From the NCBI RefSeq assembly GCF_000143415.4, contig NW_003314274.1, forward strand, positions 2,276,623-2,340,622: a stretch of 64,000 bases of DNA. Direction: 5' to 3'. The notes under the pieces are model-generated. The model was not told where the DNA came from. It ran no database searches and saw only the letters and a list, made by a program, of their open reading frames with translations. Made by a program: the position numbers and the translations under genes. How positions within the stretch are numbered: the first letter of the stretch is position 1; each line of letters starts with the position of its first letter. This document shows, piece after piece, positions 11,569 to 24,345 of this stretch. The stretch is from Selaginella moellendorffii. Lineage: Eukaryota > Plantae > Lycopodiophyta.

Positions 11569-12706
11569 TTACGGGCAGTGGATATCCGCCGTCGATTGGG
11601 CATCATTCCATAGATCACCCATGTAGAAGTGGAGGATCTTTTCTACGATCCACTCGTAGTCCGTCTCGTCGCCGATGGATTTGAGTCCTTGTCTCACGAT
11701 CTCGTCCGTGACCCACCCGTTTTTCCTGTCAATCTCGAGCAGGAATTCCAGGACTTTGGGATGGTGCGAGTAATCTGGATGCCTAGAGCACGGAAAAACG
11801 GTCAAAACCTTTCCTTGGACAGAGGAAACTTACCCGCACAAAGTGAGAAAGTGGTGAGGTTTGTACTGTTGGTTCCACGAGAGCGATCGTTCGATCGATC
11901 CAGATGAGTGTTAGAACCAAGGAAAGCACTCTTAGTTTGCTTACCAATGCCTGGTACTGAGTTATATTGTTGGAAGCAAGCACCCAGAAGTCCGGAGGAA
12001 GCGAAAGGATCGCATCGTTGTGATGGTAGTGAAGCTTGAACGATTCCTTGCTTGTTTTGAATAGCTGCCTGGCCAAATCGGTGAGCTTGGCTTCTTTCAC
12101 GGACACCTCCGACCCCTGCCAAGCTGAGGCTATTTACTCAGTCCTCCGAGAGCCAAAAAGAGAATAAAAAAACGAAGAAAGAGTCTACCTTTGGATTCGG
12201 AGCCACGGATCCTCCAAAAGCAGCAGCAATCGCTTGATGCCCAAAGCTGATGCCGCAGGTCTTTACCTTGTTCTTGTCCAGCCATTGAATTTCCTGTTCC
12301 AAAGAAAGAAAGAAAAAGAAGGATTGGCTCTTTCATCGACGTGAAAGCAAGCTTGGAAACCTGAAGAAGCCGTCTGATCCACGGCTTTGGCTCGTACACG
12401 CCGCTGAGAGAGCCCGAGATGAGAACCCCATCGAAGTTTTGGAATCGATCAGGATATTGGCGCTCCGTGACATCGAAGCCTGCATGGATCTGATTAGAGA
12501 ACACGAATTTCTCCGGCATTTGTTCCTACTCAACTGGTAAGCGTGATCGATGAATGCGGGATAAAGCGCGCCGCAACGTGATCGAATGCCGCCTGGAGGA
12601 GCGCGAGATAGGATCGGCACGATTCCGAAGCTGTGCTGGGCAGATGCTGCGCCAGATGCTCGCATTCGTAGAGCGCAATCCGGAGTGCTCGGCGTCGCGA
12701 CCACAT
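11569..12706 (-). CDS. Class I glutamine amidotransferase-like / gamma-glutamyl peptidase-like protein, 6 exons, atypical active site
   Basis: Manual splicing from ATG 12706: RIALYECEH..., SFDVTERQYPDRFQNFDGVLISGSLSGVYEPKPWI, KTCGISFGHQAIAAAFGGSVAPNPKG, LHYHHNDAILSLPP, YKPHHFLTLCGHPDY; all GT-AG introns. Confidence 0.85.
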
Positions 12707-12959
12707 CTAATACCCTAAATAAAACAAAAGAAAACCCTAAAAACAGGATGCCGCCAATGCCAATGCTGATGCTTTGCCATGACCAAAGGATTTGAGCTCG
12801 CGTATATGGTTATCTGATCTGCTAATACTCTCATTAGACTGGTCTTCTTCTCCAAAAGACCACCCTGCCAAGGATGCTCTTAGCTGCTGCTGTTTCCATT
12901 ATGTGAGCCAATTCTTCCACATATATAAGCCTCTTTAGGGAACTGAAGAGGGCACGTCA

Positions 12960-13300
12960 TTTGTTTCAGTCCAAGTACCTGAATCTAGATCATACGAGAG
13001 ACTACTTACCCATGGCCAGCTTGACCACGGAAGTAGACACAAATATCGAGTCTATGAGTAATGTGATCACCTCACCAGACTCCACAGAAATTTCCTCAAT
13101 TCTGAACTTACACTTCCGTTCCACATTGAACCACACCATGTAGAGCTTTCCCCTCCAATTACTAACAAGGCAGACCGACTCGCCCTTCTTGACATTCAGA
13201 CAGAGATTTGTATATGCAACAGAGTCGCTTTGCAACATCAAACTGGACAGCATAAGCCGAACACTTCCTATGACCATGGGCCATGTTTCACAGCACACCG
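12960..13300 (-). pseudogene. Remnant of an F-box-family gene, paralogous to 44867-45614
   Basis: FNVERKCKFRIEEISVESGEVI vs LNVELKCKFVIEEISVGTGEMI; near-identical atgatctagat(t/g)caggtacttggactgaaacaaat in both. Confidence 0.65.
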
Positions 13301-16300
13301 TTATAGTTTCTTATTAAACGCATAGCATCGTGGTAGTTTTAATTTATATGTCTTATGCGTTTGATGAAATCTATGTCATTAAATTTTGACAAGTTTTCTA
13401 GCATGAAGGAATAAAAAAATTAAAAAAGACCATATCACATATTATTGTGATAATTTTCCTAAAGTCAATACTTTTTACACTATCTCTTATTAAACCACGA
13501 ATAATAAACTTTTCCGTTTGATTTAGGTGGTAGTGAATAGATCTAGAATATGCTTGAATATTCTAGGATATTCTATTATCTAAAAATTGTTATTCATTTA
13601 GAATAATCTTGTATTTATAATTTATAAACTTTCCTAAACACTTTAGTATATACTTGTTTATTCTACTATCTAATGGTTCTACCATAAGGGCATTGATCTG
13701 GGGAAACCACAGATTGACCTTAATAATGGTTTTGAGTTCTTGAGCCAGAATGCATGGACGCTCATGACTGGAATGGTTGATATGCAATATAATTAATCTT
13801 GCTTTATAAAATACAAACATCTTTATTATTATTAAAAAATATTAAATATATCATTAAGCACGCCAAAAATTGAATAAATTATTAAAATTAGACCTTTGTT
13901 TGTATATTTAGATAGTTATTTTCATTTGAAAAACGTATTAGGTAAATCATAAAATCACAACATAATGATTTCTTGCATTGCCTCAACTTTAAAATATATT
14001 GCAAAACTATAATTAAATAAAGGCTTGCTACAGGGTTTGTGAAAATTCTAGCAACTTCATATGATTTTAGTACATTATATCTTTTTGTGTTTTCACTTTT
14101 CATATATGTCATTTCTTGTTGATCTCTCATTTCATGTCATAAAGTATCTATATATATATATATATATACATATAAATTTCTAAGCACACAAATAAAAATC
14201 ACTTAATATTCTTAGGTAATCATGATTTACATACAATATTGCTACAAAATTAAGATGTAGTAAAGAGATTTTTAATCAACAATTCATATGAATGAAAAAC
14301 TTTCTTAACAACCCTTATTTTGGCTATAAATAAATATTTATAATATAAACTACTTCATTATAAAGGTCTTTGTAAACAACATGAAAATGGCATAACTACA
14401 TAAAACTTTAGATATTGTGTTTTTAAATATAATTGTTTATCCTAGATTTTAATTTAGCGTATTCCTTATCCCATAACAATATAATATCTGTTTGGGGATG
14501 ATATTGTTCTAAACTTTGAAAAATATTACACTTTGAATTATCAGGAAGCCATCCCTAAGCTAGAAAATAGTTAAAATTAATTAACAAATTTTAAATATTT
14601 ATTTGTAAAACTTACTAAACTTTGAAGTTGTTTTTGTTTGGGCCTCAAAATGATGTTATGGTTATAAATTAGTGAAACATTGATCAAAATTATAAAAATT
14701 TAGTTTTTGATAAAAAATTAAAATTTTGCAACTAGTTTTATTCTAAAAATAAATGTGAATATAAAACAATTGTATAAAACTTTATTAGGTAATTTTAAAG
14801 TCACTTTAAATACATTTACATACATACCTTAAATGGTGGCAAATAGATATAGAATGTAAACTTTTAGTGATGGATTATTCAAGTTTAAAGTTTATAAAAG
14901 TTGTAAGGTATTCTTTCCAAAAGATTTTATTCAAGTAACTTATAAAAGAAACTAATATAACAATTTACATATGAATTCATCCATGAAATTTTAACTTTTA
15001 TATTTGTTGTAAGCCCAAAAAATTTATATCATTTGATATAGACAAACAATTTAAATTATATGCAGTGAGTGAGTTTAATTAAGAAAACACTGATTTTTTT
15101 GCTTGCTCACTGTTGCATATGCATGCATCATAATGTTCTAAGAGCCAATAGTTATATATACTAATTAATAATTTTTTTACACTAGTAAAGTTTTATATAA
15201 TAATATTTTTCATTTTCATTCATTTTAGTAAGTTTAACCAAGATATTTATGAATATTATATTCCAAAATAATTAATAAAAGTTATTGTGCATTTACTTGC
15301 ATAACAATCAAAATTTATCGACATTATGGTTTGGTTGTCATATACAATAAAAAAATAGCTTGCAATATCAATAATAACTAATTTATTATTATAATAAATA
15401 AAATAACTTTTTAATAAAATATAGTACATAAAGTAATAAAAAATTGTCTTTTAGTAGGGATGAATGTTAGCTTATAAGTACTTTATTCCCAATATAATAG
15501 CCAATTTATATTGAGCCAGAAAAAAAAATTATATTAGTTGTTTTTAAAATGATTTATAACCTTTTTTTTAATCATGAGACTTTATTAACTTTACTATAAA
15601 TTTCTCTTTAATGTTTTTTCCACTTTTACTCTACTTTTTAAAAGTTCTTTAACATCTTTAAACTTTTCTATATTTTAGTATTAGGAAAAAATTTGTGTAT
15701 AAGAAAGCACTTTTTGCATATATCTTTCAAACTTCATAACTCTTAATTAACATTAAAGAGAGTTATAAGCATTTGGAAATACTAAATAAAAATTTCCATG
15801 TATGCCTTTATATTCCCAAAACTATGCTATTTTAAAAAAAACAAAAGAGCATTTAAAATTTAAAATGTAAACTATTCTAACAGAGGTGTGATATCTACAA
15901 ATGTTTGAGTAATTTATGCAGCAACTCTTAATTTTCTTTGGTTTTTATATACCTTTTACTGACAATGGGCAAAGTGTATTATTGAAATCATGAAAAACTA
16001 GCTGCTAATGGATTTAGAAGAGGATTTAAAAGTTTAGAAAGGCCTTAAATGCTACCATTCATGTGTTGCTTTCAAGCTACATGGCTATATCAAGCGTACT
16101 AGCAAGGAATTATCCTTGAACATCAACATAAATCCAAGTTTATCTTTCTAAGCTACCACATGTTCACCAACAATGGTGATACAGCATGTAGTCATTGGAC
16201 AAACATGTCTCTTTCCCCTCAAAGGAAGTCCCGGCACTTGTCCAAGGTTTTCCAGGCATGCATAGGAACAGTGGAAGGTGACTCTCATTCATGGCTCTTC

Positions 16301-17651
16301 TTGTTGTGAGAAGTTGGTGGAGACCTTGGAGGAACAGCCACCTTGATCTGGAGTTTAGGATAGTCACAATGTGAGAGGATTACTGCTTTTGTGTCAAGCT
16401 TCCAGACTGAAACAAGCAGATTAGCCATTGATAAAAAATTCAAGACCATAGATACATAATTTTTCAAGAAGATAGCTGCTCACGACAAATTTCACACTTT
16501 GGGATTAGGATAACATGATGAATGCAAACACAGATGAGGAGCATGGCCAATTTACCTTGAAAGAGAGGGCAGCCTTATTTGATGGGATATGTGTTTGTTG
16601 CTTATAAGAAGATCCTTACATGTCAGACCTTAAGGACCTTAAGGACATATTACTTTCATTCCTCAGAAGAGTTTACTTCCATGGAGAGCTGTTTGATGTT
16701 GCAAAAGCACATGTTTGAGATGAGTATAATGTGCTGGCAGGAGTGGGACGAAGAACTCATTGCCCCTAGCTGCACTTAACTTTGAAGCTACTGAGTTCCA
16801 CTACTGCTGATTATAATTCTAACCCTACTTTTTAGGAAATATTTCACAGTCATTAACCCTGATTAGCAAGTTGCCTAGATCATCCTCATTGACATTTGGG
16901 ATAGAGTATATGGCAAATCTCAATTATTAATTGCTAAGCCATGGCAAACATATTGAAGCATATGTTGAGAAGATCAAGATGGTAAGGTAGAAACTATTTT
17001 CTTGTTGTTTTTCTAGGAAAACTATGCAAATATGTGAGATAAGCTCAAACCTTCTACCTCAAATGCCAATTTTGAGGATCTCACTGAAACTCTAGTTCCT
17101 TGAGAAGAGACAAGTGAATTTTTATTAAAATTGACTTTCTCAATTTAATTTAATTTGATATTATTATTACATGTTTTAACACACATGGTATTCAGCCTTG
17201 ATTACAAACGAATTAAAGAGAAGTTTAACAGCAGAAAATTGAAACCATTGGTATCCTAGAATATACTATATTCCTTACACTTAGTTATAGCAAACTGAAA
17301 TGGAGCAATGGTCACAAGCAGAGAAAAGCTTTGCAACCGGCGAAACTCCAAGTCCCAGTTGTGTGGAAGATACTGGATAATTGGAGGACTTCTGATCTAG
17401 ATACAGCCTTAATAAAAAACAAAAATCGATCGAACATTTCTCATTCCTTCTATTTGCTTTAGTCGTTTTTTTTCCACTGTTATGCACGAAGAGGATGAAT
17501 GCCACGAGCAAGTAGAGTTGCTCTATAAGTACATGGCGAGAGTAGAAAACTAGTGTGGAAAAAAAGAGTATGCAATAGCAGAACATTCTATAATGGAAGG
17601 ATTAGGGCTCTAGACCCGAAGTAGGGTTCTTTCCCAAATTACGATCGATCG

Positions 17652-18309
17652 ATGAGGAGCGATGTGTGGAGCGCACTGGGCCCGTCGCTGGCCGGCGCAG
17701 TGTTTGGCGCGGGATGGTGGTTCTGGGTGGACGCCATCGTTTGCAGCAATGTCACGGTGCCCTTTGTACAGTATTTGCCAGGTCCGCAGCTAGCTCTGGC
17801 TCTTTCTGTGGTGCTCGAATTTGTCCTTCTCTTCCTCTGGCAGGGATCTGCGCGTCGCTCGCTGCGCTCATGTTCAATTGCGTGAGACGAGAGGAGCTTC
17901 AGGATTACTCTCCCTACGATGATGAGAGCTGCAGGTACTTTGCGTGATTTCTATCTCTTAGCTTTGTTTTGTGTGATTTCTATCGATCTCTCGAGCTTGA
18001 GTTGGACGTCTAGATATGAAGGTAACCAATTGCTATGTTTTGGCAGATCGAGGGCATGGCTGTTCATCGCCTACGTTGTTTCGTTTGTGTCATTGGCTGG
18101 ATCCGTTGGAATTCTCATCCAGGATTCTTTGCTTCCGACTGGTCCTAGCGCGTGGACGGGCGTGGCTGGAGTGTTGCAATGCTTCTTGGTACTCGTGAGG
18201 TAATCAAACACGATTTTTCATCTCCTGCCTTAAGTTTTTAGAAAACTTTCTTCTCGATTGCAGTGGTCTCATATTCTGGACTTCAAGATCGCCCTCTGAT
18301 TACTACTGA
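17652..18309 (+). CDS. Vps68/TMEM50 (UPF0220) endosomal membrane protein, 4 exons
   Basis: AGAVFGAGWWFWVDAIV...LPGICASLAALMFNCV...RAWLFIAYVVSFVSLAGSV...GVAGVLQCFLVLVSGLIFW; stop TGA 18307-18309. Confidence 0.88.
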
Positions 18310-18366
18310 GACAATGTGATTCTGAAGTGTAAACTAAATGTGAAAAGCGTTTTTACCAGATACATC

Positions 18367-18429
18367 CAGGGGATAGCGAGGGTCAGACTGAATCTGAAGG
18401 TCGAGAGTGTTCGATCCACGCTCATCACA
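18367..18429 (+). pseudogene. tRNA-Phe pseudogene
   Basis: ggggatagc...gtcagactgaa-tctgaaggtcg.gtgttcgatccacgctca matches the tRNA-Phe at 30661, with D-arm and anticodon-arm deletions. Confidence 0.8.
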
Positions 18430-20413
18430 TCATGGTGATGTTTCATTTTGATACCAAAATTTACCACATGGGTAAACTATACATCAATTTAAACATAACA
18501 CATTGGAAAATCATATGGGGTTGCTACGATTGCGACACCTTATATAACATTTTATTTGAGGTTCTCTTTCACTGTCCGATTGAAAACCACTTTTGTCGTG
18601 AGGGCCAAGACAAGCAGATGAGAGGAAGCAACGCCAGACGAGGCCGAGAAAGCAGCTACACCACAACAAAGTTGTGACAATGCCAGTTGACAAGTCAAGG
18701 AAGTAAACGCACCTAGAGTGGAGGAAGAACCAAGACCAACCGAGGTGGAGAATCCAACAGCAGCAGAAGATGTTCCAGCCAAGGAAGAAGAAGCAAACGG
18801 CCGCTGACCCTGAGGAGGCAAAAGTTGATCCTGTGGAAACCACTCGATCCTGTGGAAGCGGCCACAGTATCTTGCCACTTCCTTTGCTGAGGAGGCAAAG
18901 TTGTCACGGCGCGCTTGTAGTTTGGATCTGGCCACGTCTTCCCGCTGCCGTATTTGCTAAACGAAGAGCCGTCAAGCCGCACGAGAAGCTCTCGTCCGAC
19001 GGCTTGTACTTGGCCAGCCGTCTTCGTCACGAAAACGAGGCCCCCGATCGCTGGAGACTCGATCGCCGTGGAAGAGGTGGCGGCAGTGACAGTGCGCCGT
19101 AGTACCCCAGAGTGAACTTGAAGCAGTACTCCCTGTAGCTCGTGGTTACGGAAGAGTTGAATTCCAGCGGTAGTGTTAGAGCGGGAGCAGCGGGAGTAGT
19201 GGTGTTTGTGACAACAATCACAGCATTGGCAGCGCTGCTCCACGAAGAACCGCCACTCGACGTACTTTGGTTCCACTCGTTGGTTGTTCCATCCAACCAG
19301 TGCTCTGCGGTTTCCAAATCTGCTGCGAGCCAGCACCGCTTCTCCAGCGATTGCGGCTGCTGGCCGTTGCCTCCGGCGGCATTTTGGTTGTTCCACTGAG
19401 AATCCCGCCTGATCCAGCATCGCTATATCCCGGCCCTGCCCGAGCTGAGTGGAAGATCAGCGCAAACCTGCATTGCTGCTGCTGCTGCTGCTTGGATGCT
19501 TGGATACCGCATCCTTGTCCAGCGCCGCGCGAATCCCCGTCTGTTTGACGCTCTAGGGTTCTTCGCGTCAAATATCTCTGCAAGAATATTCTGGAATAAG
19601 CCCATAAGCTAAACAAATATACTTTTTCTCTAAAGGCATATTCAGGAATAAACCCGTTCTTAGACTGCAAACAAATATTTAAAAGAAAATGGATGAAAAC
19701 AAAAGAGCATCCGACCAGATTCAATGGGATTCTTTGCAGTGATGGCATCCACGGCAAAGACCTGTGTCAACTTCGAAGTGCAAGCTCCTCCCGTCGTTTC
19801 GGAGCATAAGGGACTGGATGTAACACAGATCGATGCACACACCATCGGCAGGGAAGCAAGCAGGAGCAGGCTCGTCATCCATGACCATGTCCATAGCCAG
19901 CTTCAGCTGGAACGCTGGAATCCCCACCCTGTCACATGCACCATCGCCAAGCCCCACACCCCGCAGCGATCCCCCTCGCTCTGCAACCAATATCAACGCT
20001 GCTGCTCTCCAGGTCTGCGGTCCCAAAGCTCACTGCATCCCTCAATACAATCCTCACACCACCGCCACCGCCACTGCTGCTGCTAGCACCACCAGTGCTC
20101 TTCACTCTCTCGAACAAGAGTGCCAGGAGCTGTCCCCTCCCCACGTACTCTTTGAAGCCCAGGTAGAATCGGATCCCTCGACCGAAGCTGCCATCGGCTG
20201 AGGCAGCGAGGAACTGGTCCGCGTCGGCCACAAGCTTGGGCACGGTGCGCGACTTGGCAATGCTAAGCACTCCCTGCGGCCAGTCATGCCCAACCAGCAT
20301 CCTTCCCATCTTCACATCTGCTGGCGACACATGAGATCCACAAGGAGCAAAACGCGCAGAGGTGCCACTCGCGTTCATCTTCACCATGCTGCCAACATCC
20401 AGTGCGAAAGGCA

Positions 20414-20805
20414 TGGATTTCTATTTTTGGATGAAGTGTACAGTTCATATACATTAGATAGGGATTTTGGGCTAATGGAATATACATATTTCTGTATTCT
20501 ACACAATCTAGGCAAATTGGAAAAAATTTTATTTTACATATCAATCTTGTATGGAAAAGCAACTAACTTGCTACTGCTCCCACTGTTGTGGATTTGGCAC
20601 TGGAGGTTGCATACAAGAGACATTTGGTCTACCTTTGAGATGTAGCATACCTTCCAAGGTTGATTTTTTTATGAAGTGTGCAGTTACAATGCCATATTTT
20701 AATAACCATTAGATTGAGTTCAATCAAAACCATTCACTTTTATATATCAGTTAGGGTTTTTGGGCTAATGGAATATACACATTTCTATATTTTATACAAA
20801 TCCAA
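20414..20805. repeat. Imperfect direct repeat
   Basis: tagggattttgggctaatggaatatacatatttctgtattctacacaatc (about 20459-20508) recurs at about 20752-20801; atgaagtgt(a/g)cagtt occurs upstream of both copies. Confidence 0.6.
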
Positions 20806-21124
20806 TCACTCCTCAATGATAATTCAAGTTGCCCCTCACCTTCAACAATGTAAGTGCATAAAATATATATTATGTTTAGATCTAGCTTTTGCATTATGTA
20901 TATCTCATTTTCCTTATAACTTTTGAATATCTTCTCTTTTTTTTTTCTTCTTTTCATTCATTTTCATGGTAGAATAACACTTTCCTCCTCTTTTGACTTT
21001 GAAGTAACATGTAAACTCCTTGAATTTAAATTTTTAATACTATTCACTCAAAGACATTTAACCCCAAATTTAATCCCATTTAAGAGCATTTTTAGCTGAG
21101 GGTGCAGCTAGAGGTTTAGAAAAT

Positions 21125-21245
21125 GCTATAGATATGAAAAATGCATTTTATTACACAGGGAATTAGAGGGAAGTTTATATGGTACAACCACAAGGATTTG
21201 AAGTGCCAAGAAAAGAGCATTTGATATGTAAGTCAAAAGAGGTCA
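21125..21245 (+). mobile_element. Ty1/Copia reverse transcriptase remnant (N-terminal part)
   Basis: Frameshifted DMKNAF.../EVYMVQPQGFEVPRKEHLICK matches the Copia RT motif DVKTAFLHGELEEEVYMxQPxGF. Confidence 0.75.
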
Positions 21246-23299
21246 ATCACCAAGAACATACCATAAGACTATACATGATCTTTGGGATTTATAGATAATG
21301 GATAGTAAAGGTTTCCCTTTTAAGGATAGTGGGGTTTCCTTTTTTCTGCCTAGCCACATCACTAAATATTCTTTATATATTCTAAAAAAGAGAATATACT
21401 TGTATATACCTTATAAGATTTAAATATATTAATAACAAAGTAGCTTTTTGCATTTGATCACAAAAATGTATGATTTGTGTATCTAGTTATTTGAAAGGCA
21501 TGCTATAGATCAAGATCACCAATCACATAACTATTGTCTCAGCAAAAGTAGAAATGCCCACACTTTGACTTGATTATAAATAATAACATGAAGAAAAAGA
21601 AGTTGGCCCCAGCCAACTCGCTACTTTGCTCAACCTCTTAACCATCTCTTTAGAGCAACTAAATAGCCAAGCCTCTAAATAACTCCACTCCTATTGCCTA
21701 GATTAGCAATCTCTTATTATGTAGCCACCTCAACAAATCCGCTAGGCAAAAATACTTGCCTCTAGCTAAATCATAAAGTCCTAGATTGTGATGCTCACTA
21801 ATCCATAAGACCATTTTAGTTTGAGGCAGTTTGAATTCTTATTTATCAGCTTGGTCCTCAAACCATTTGGTCTTATTTTTTTTGTTTCGAAAGTGCTTAT
21901 TTACTCAAATGCCCCTTGGCACAAGAAAAAAATGATGTAGGATAGCTTTTTTCAACCAAAACTAAAAAAGCAACATTTGAGACTAAATAGTTTTATTGTA
22001 AATTCTTGAATTTAGACTTCCCAAGAGGTTACCCAGCATAGTACTATACAAACCCAAGGTTATTTAACCCAAGTATCCTATAATCTTTAATTGATTGGAA
22101 AAGAAGGTGCATTTTTTTTAAAAAACCCTTTCCTTTTATATTTGAATCATTATGGATCGTTTTTCAAATTATTCTCTTTTGTTGTTTATGATTTATCATG
22201 CTTCCCTGCAAGTTTACATCCTCATGAATGGAAGCTAAGAGCCACATCTCTTCTTAAAACTCCACTCTCTTAACACCCTATCCTTTAAGTCAAGCTTAGT
22301 CGGAGGCAAACTAAACTTACCAAATATCAATATCAATATATGATGTGATTCCCTTAACTAACCAATAGAGTCAGACATAAGACTTCTCTAATACCAAATA
22401 AAAGCTTTTAAATTTCAAACTTCCTGAGAGGTCATTTAGTTTAGTACTATATAAATCTAATGATGCTTTGATTGAAAAAGGGGGTGCACTTTTTGTTCAT
22501 GGGTTCTTTCTTTTTATATTTGAGCCTTTATGAATCATTTTTTAAGTCATTCTTTTTAATTATTTACACTTAACTTATGGTGGCTTTTTTTTTTTTTTTT
22601 TAATATGCACTTCTTAAAAAGTATTTGGTGGCCAAATGTGTGATGTTGCCCACCCTATTGTTGTGGCCCTTTGACAAAAAAAGGATTGTGATTGAATTGA
22701 TTAGCTAATACAAGTTATTTATGCAACCAATGCTTAGCAATTCAATTAGGGGTTTCTCATACACATTAGTAGCAGCAGGAGGATACCACTTTAATCTAAT
22801 GTAGAGCCACCACTTTGCAAAGGGATTTACATTTAGATGCTTAAGCCTAAATGTGTTGAGAACCAAATCAACTTTTCTAGTGACATCTAATATTTATTAT
22901 AGGGGTGGTGTGTGACATGATTAATAGTGTTAATTACATAGCTCTCATCTATAGCATCCACATTCTCATGTGGCTGGGTAAAAAGATGAAAAAGCATAGA
23001 AGGTGGTCCTCTTAACTAGATTGATCTTATAAAAAAAGAGATGATAAACTTGAAAAATTTCTGATTTTTATAATTGTATAGATTTTAAATAAATTCATAG
23101 ATTTAAATTTTAAAATTATTAAATAATAATTTATATTTTATAAGAATAAACTAGAATATTCAGTGATGACTACCAAGCACCAAAAACCCTTAAAGTGGAC
23201 ACACTCATGGATAGCTGACCATTATAGATGACCTATATTGGAGCAAAAAAAGAGTTTTAAACAAATTAAATCTACTTTATCATAAAGATTTAAAATGAC

Positions 23300-24345
23300 T
23301 GGTCTTGGAGAGATCTTATATTGTCATAGTTTACAATTTGTAAGAGATAGAGGAAAAAAATTAATATTTCTCCATCAATAAAAATTTACAATGAAATTAA
23401 TTGATTATTATTTTGTTGGAAGCTTGAAATATATAGTTCATACACCAGCAAGTACATCCCTCAACCATATACCATGTGCTCAAATGAGGCTTTGGGATGA
23501 GGGGGAGAGAAAAAAAATGGAAAGTAAGCCATTTAGGAATATGGTGAGAAACTTCTTGTACTTATCGACAATATCAAGTCCTAATTTTGCAATAGTTGTA
23601 TTATTTGTAAGCCAATACATTCAGTTTGTAACTATAAATATTTTCAAATACCTTCATGAAACTCCAATATAGAGAATAAAATACTCAGGGAGTATAAGCT
23701 CATAGGGAACATTACTAACTGGATTTGCTAATGCAAATTTACATACGAGACAAAGACATTAAAAAATCTATTTTAGAATGGTGTTTCAGAATGTATGGAA
23801 GAATGTATGAAAGAGTTATAAGTTACATGTGAAACAGAGTATATAGCTATAGCATCTGCTACAAAAGAGACAATTTGGACTAAGCTTTTAGTGGACTTAG
23901 TTGTGGAACAAGGGATACCCACCCAAATTTACAATGATAATACCTTTGCCATTATATTGGCTCAAATCTAGTGCTTCATAGCACCTTTCTACCTTATTCA
24001 AATCATCCATAGACAGGTAATTTTAGATTACATACCTGCTAATGATATGGTTATAGATATTTTAACATAGTGTTTTAAGAAAAAGATCTCTAAATTCAGA
24101 GCAATCTTAAAAGTTTTACTTAAGGGGGAGTATTACAAGTAAGATTGTTATGTTAGCCAGTTGGAGGTGAGTAGTGAGCAACTTGGAGAATGAGTAAGAA
24201 TGGGCAGCTAGAGAACCAAATGACACTCAACAAAGAATCACTAGGGGATATAATTATAAATTAGAGAGGGAATCAGAGTGGACCTTACTTCAATAGAAGT
24301 TTGGTAGTTTTCTTCACATTCATTCATTCATATACTATTTGCACA
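23300..24345 (+). mobile_element. Ty1/Copia RT-RNase H remnant, PPT and probable 3' LTR
   Basis: LGEILYC..QFVRDRGKKLIFLHQ; KPFRNMVRNFLYLSTISSPN; TCETEYIAIASATKETIW; PTQIYNDN; YIPANDMVIDILT; PPT AAGGGGGAG 24122-24130. LTR end approximate. Confidence 0.8.

Noticed and set aside
13300-17200. 4 kb AT-rich tract with short ORFs
   Set aside because: No recognisable protein motif, termini or TSD; probably old TE debris but cannot be classified.
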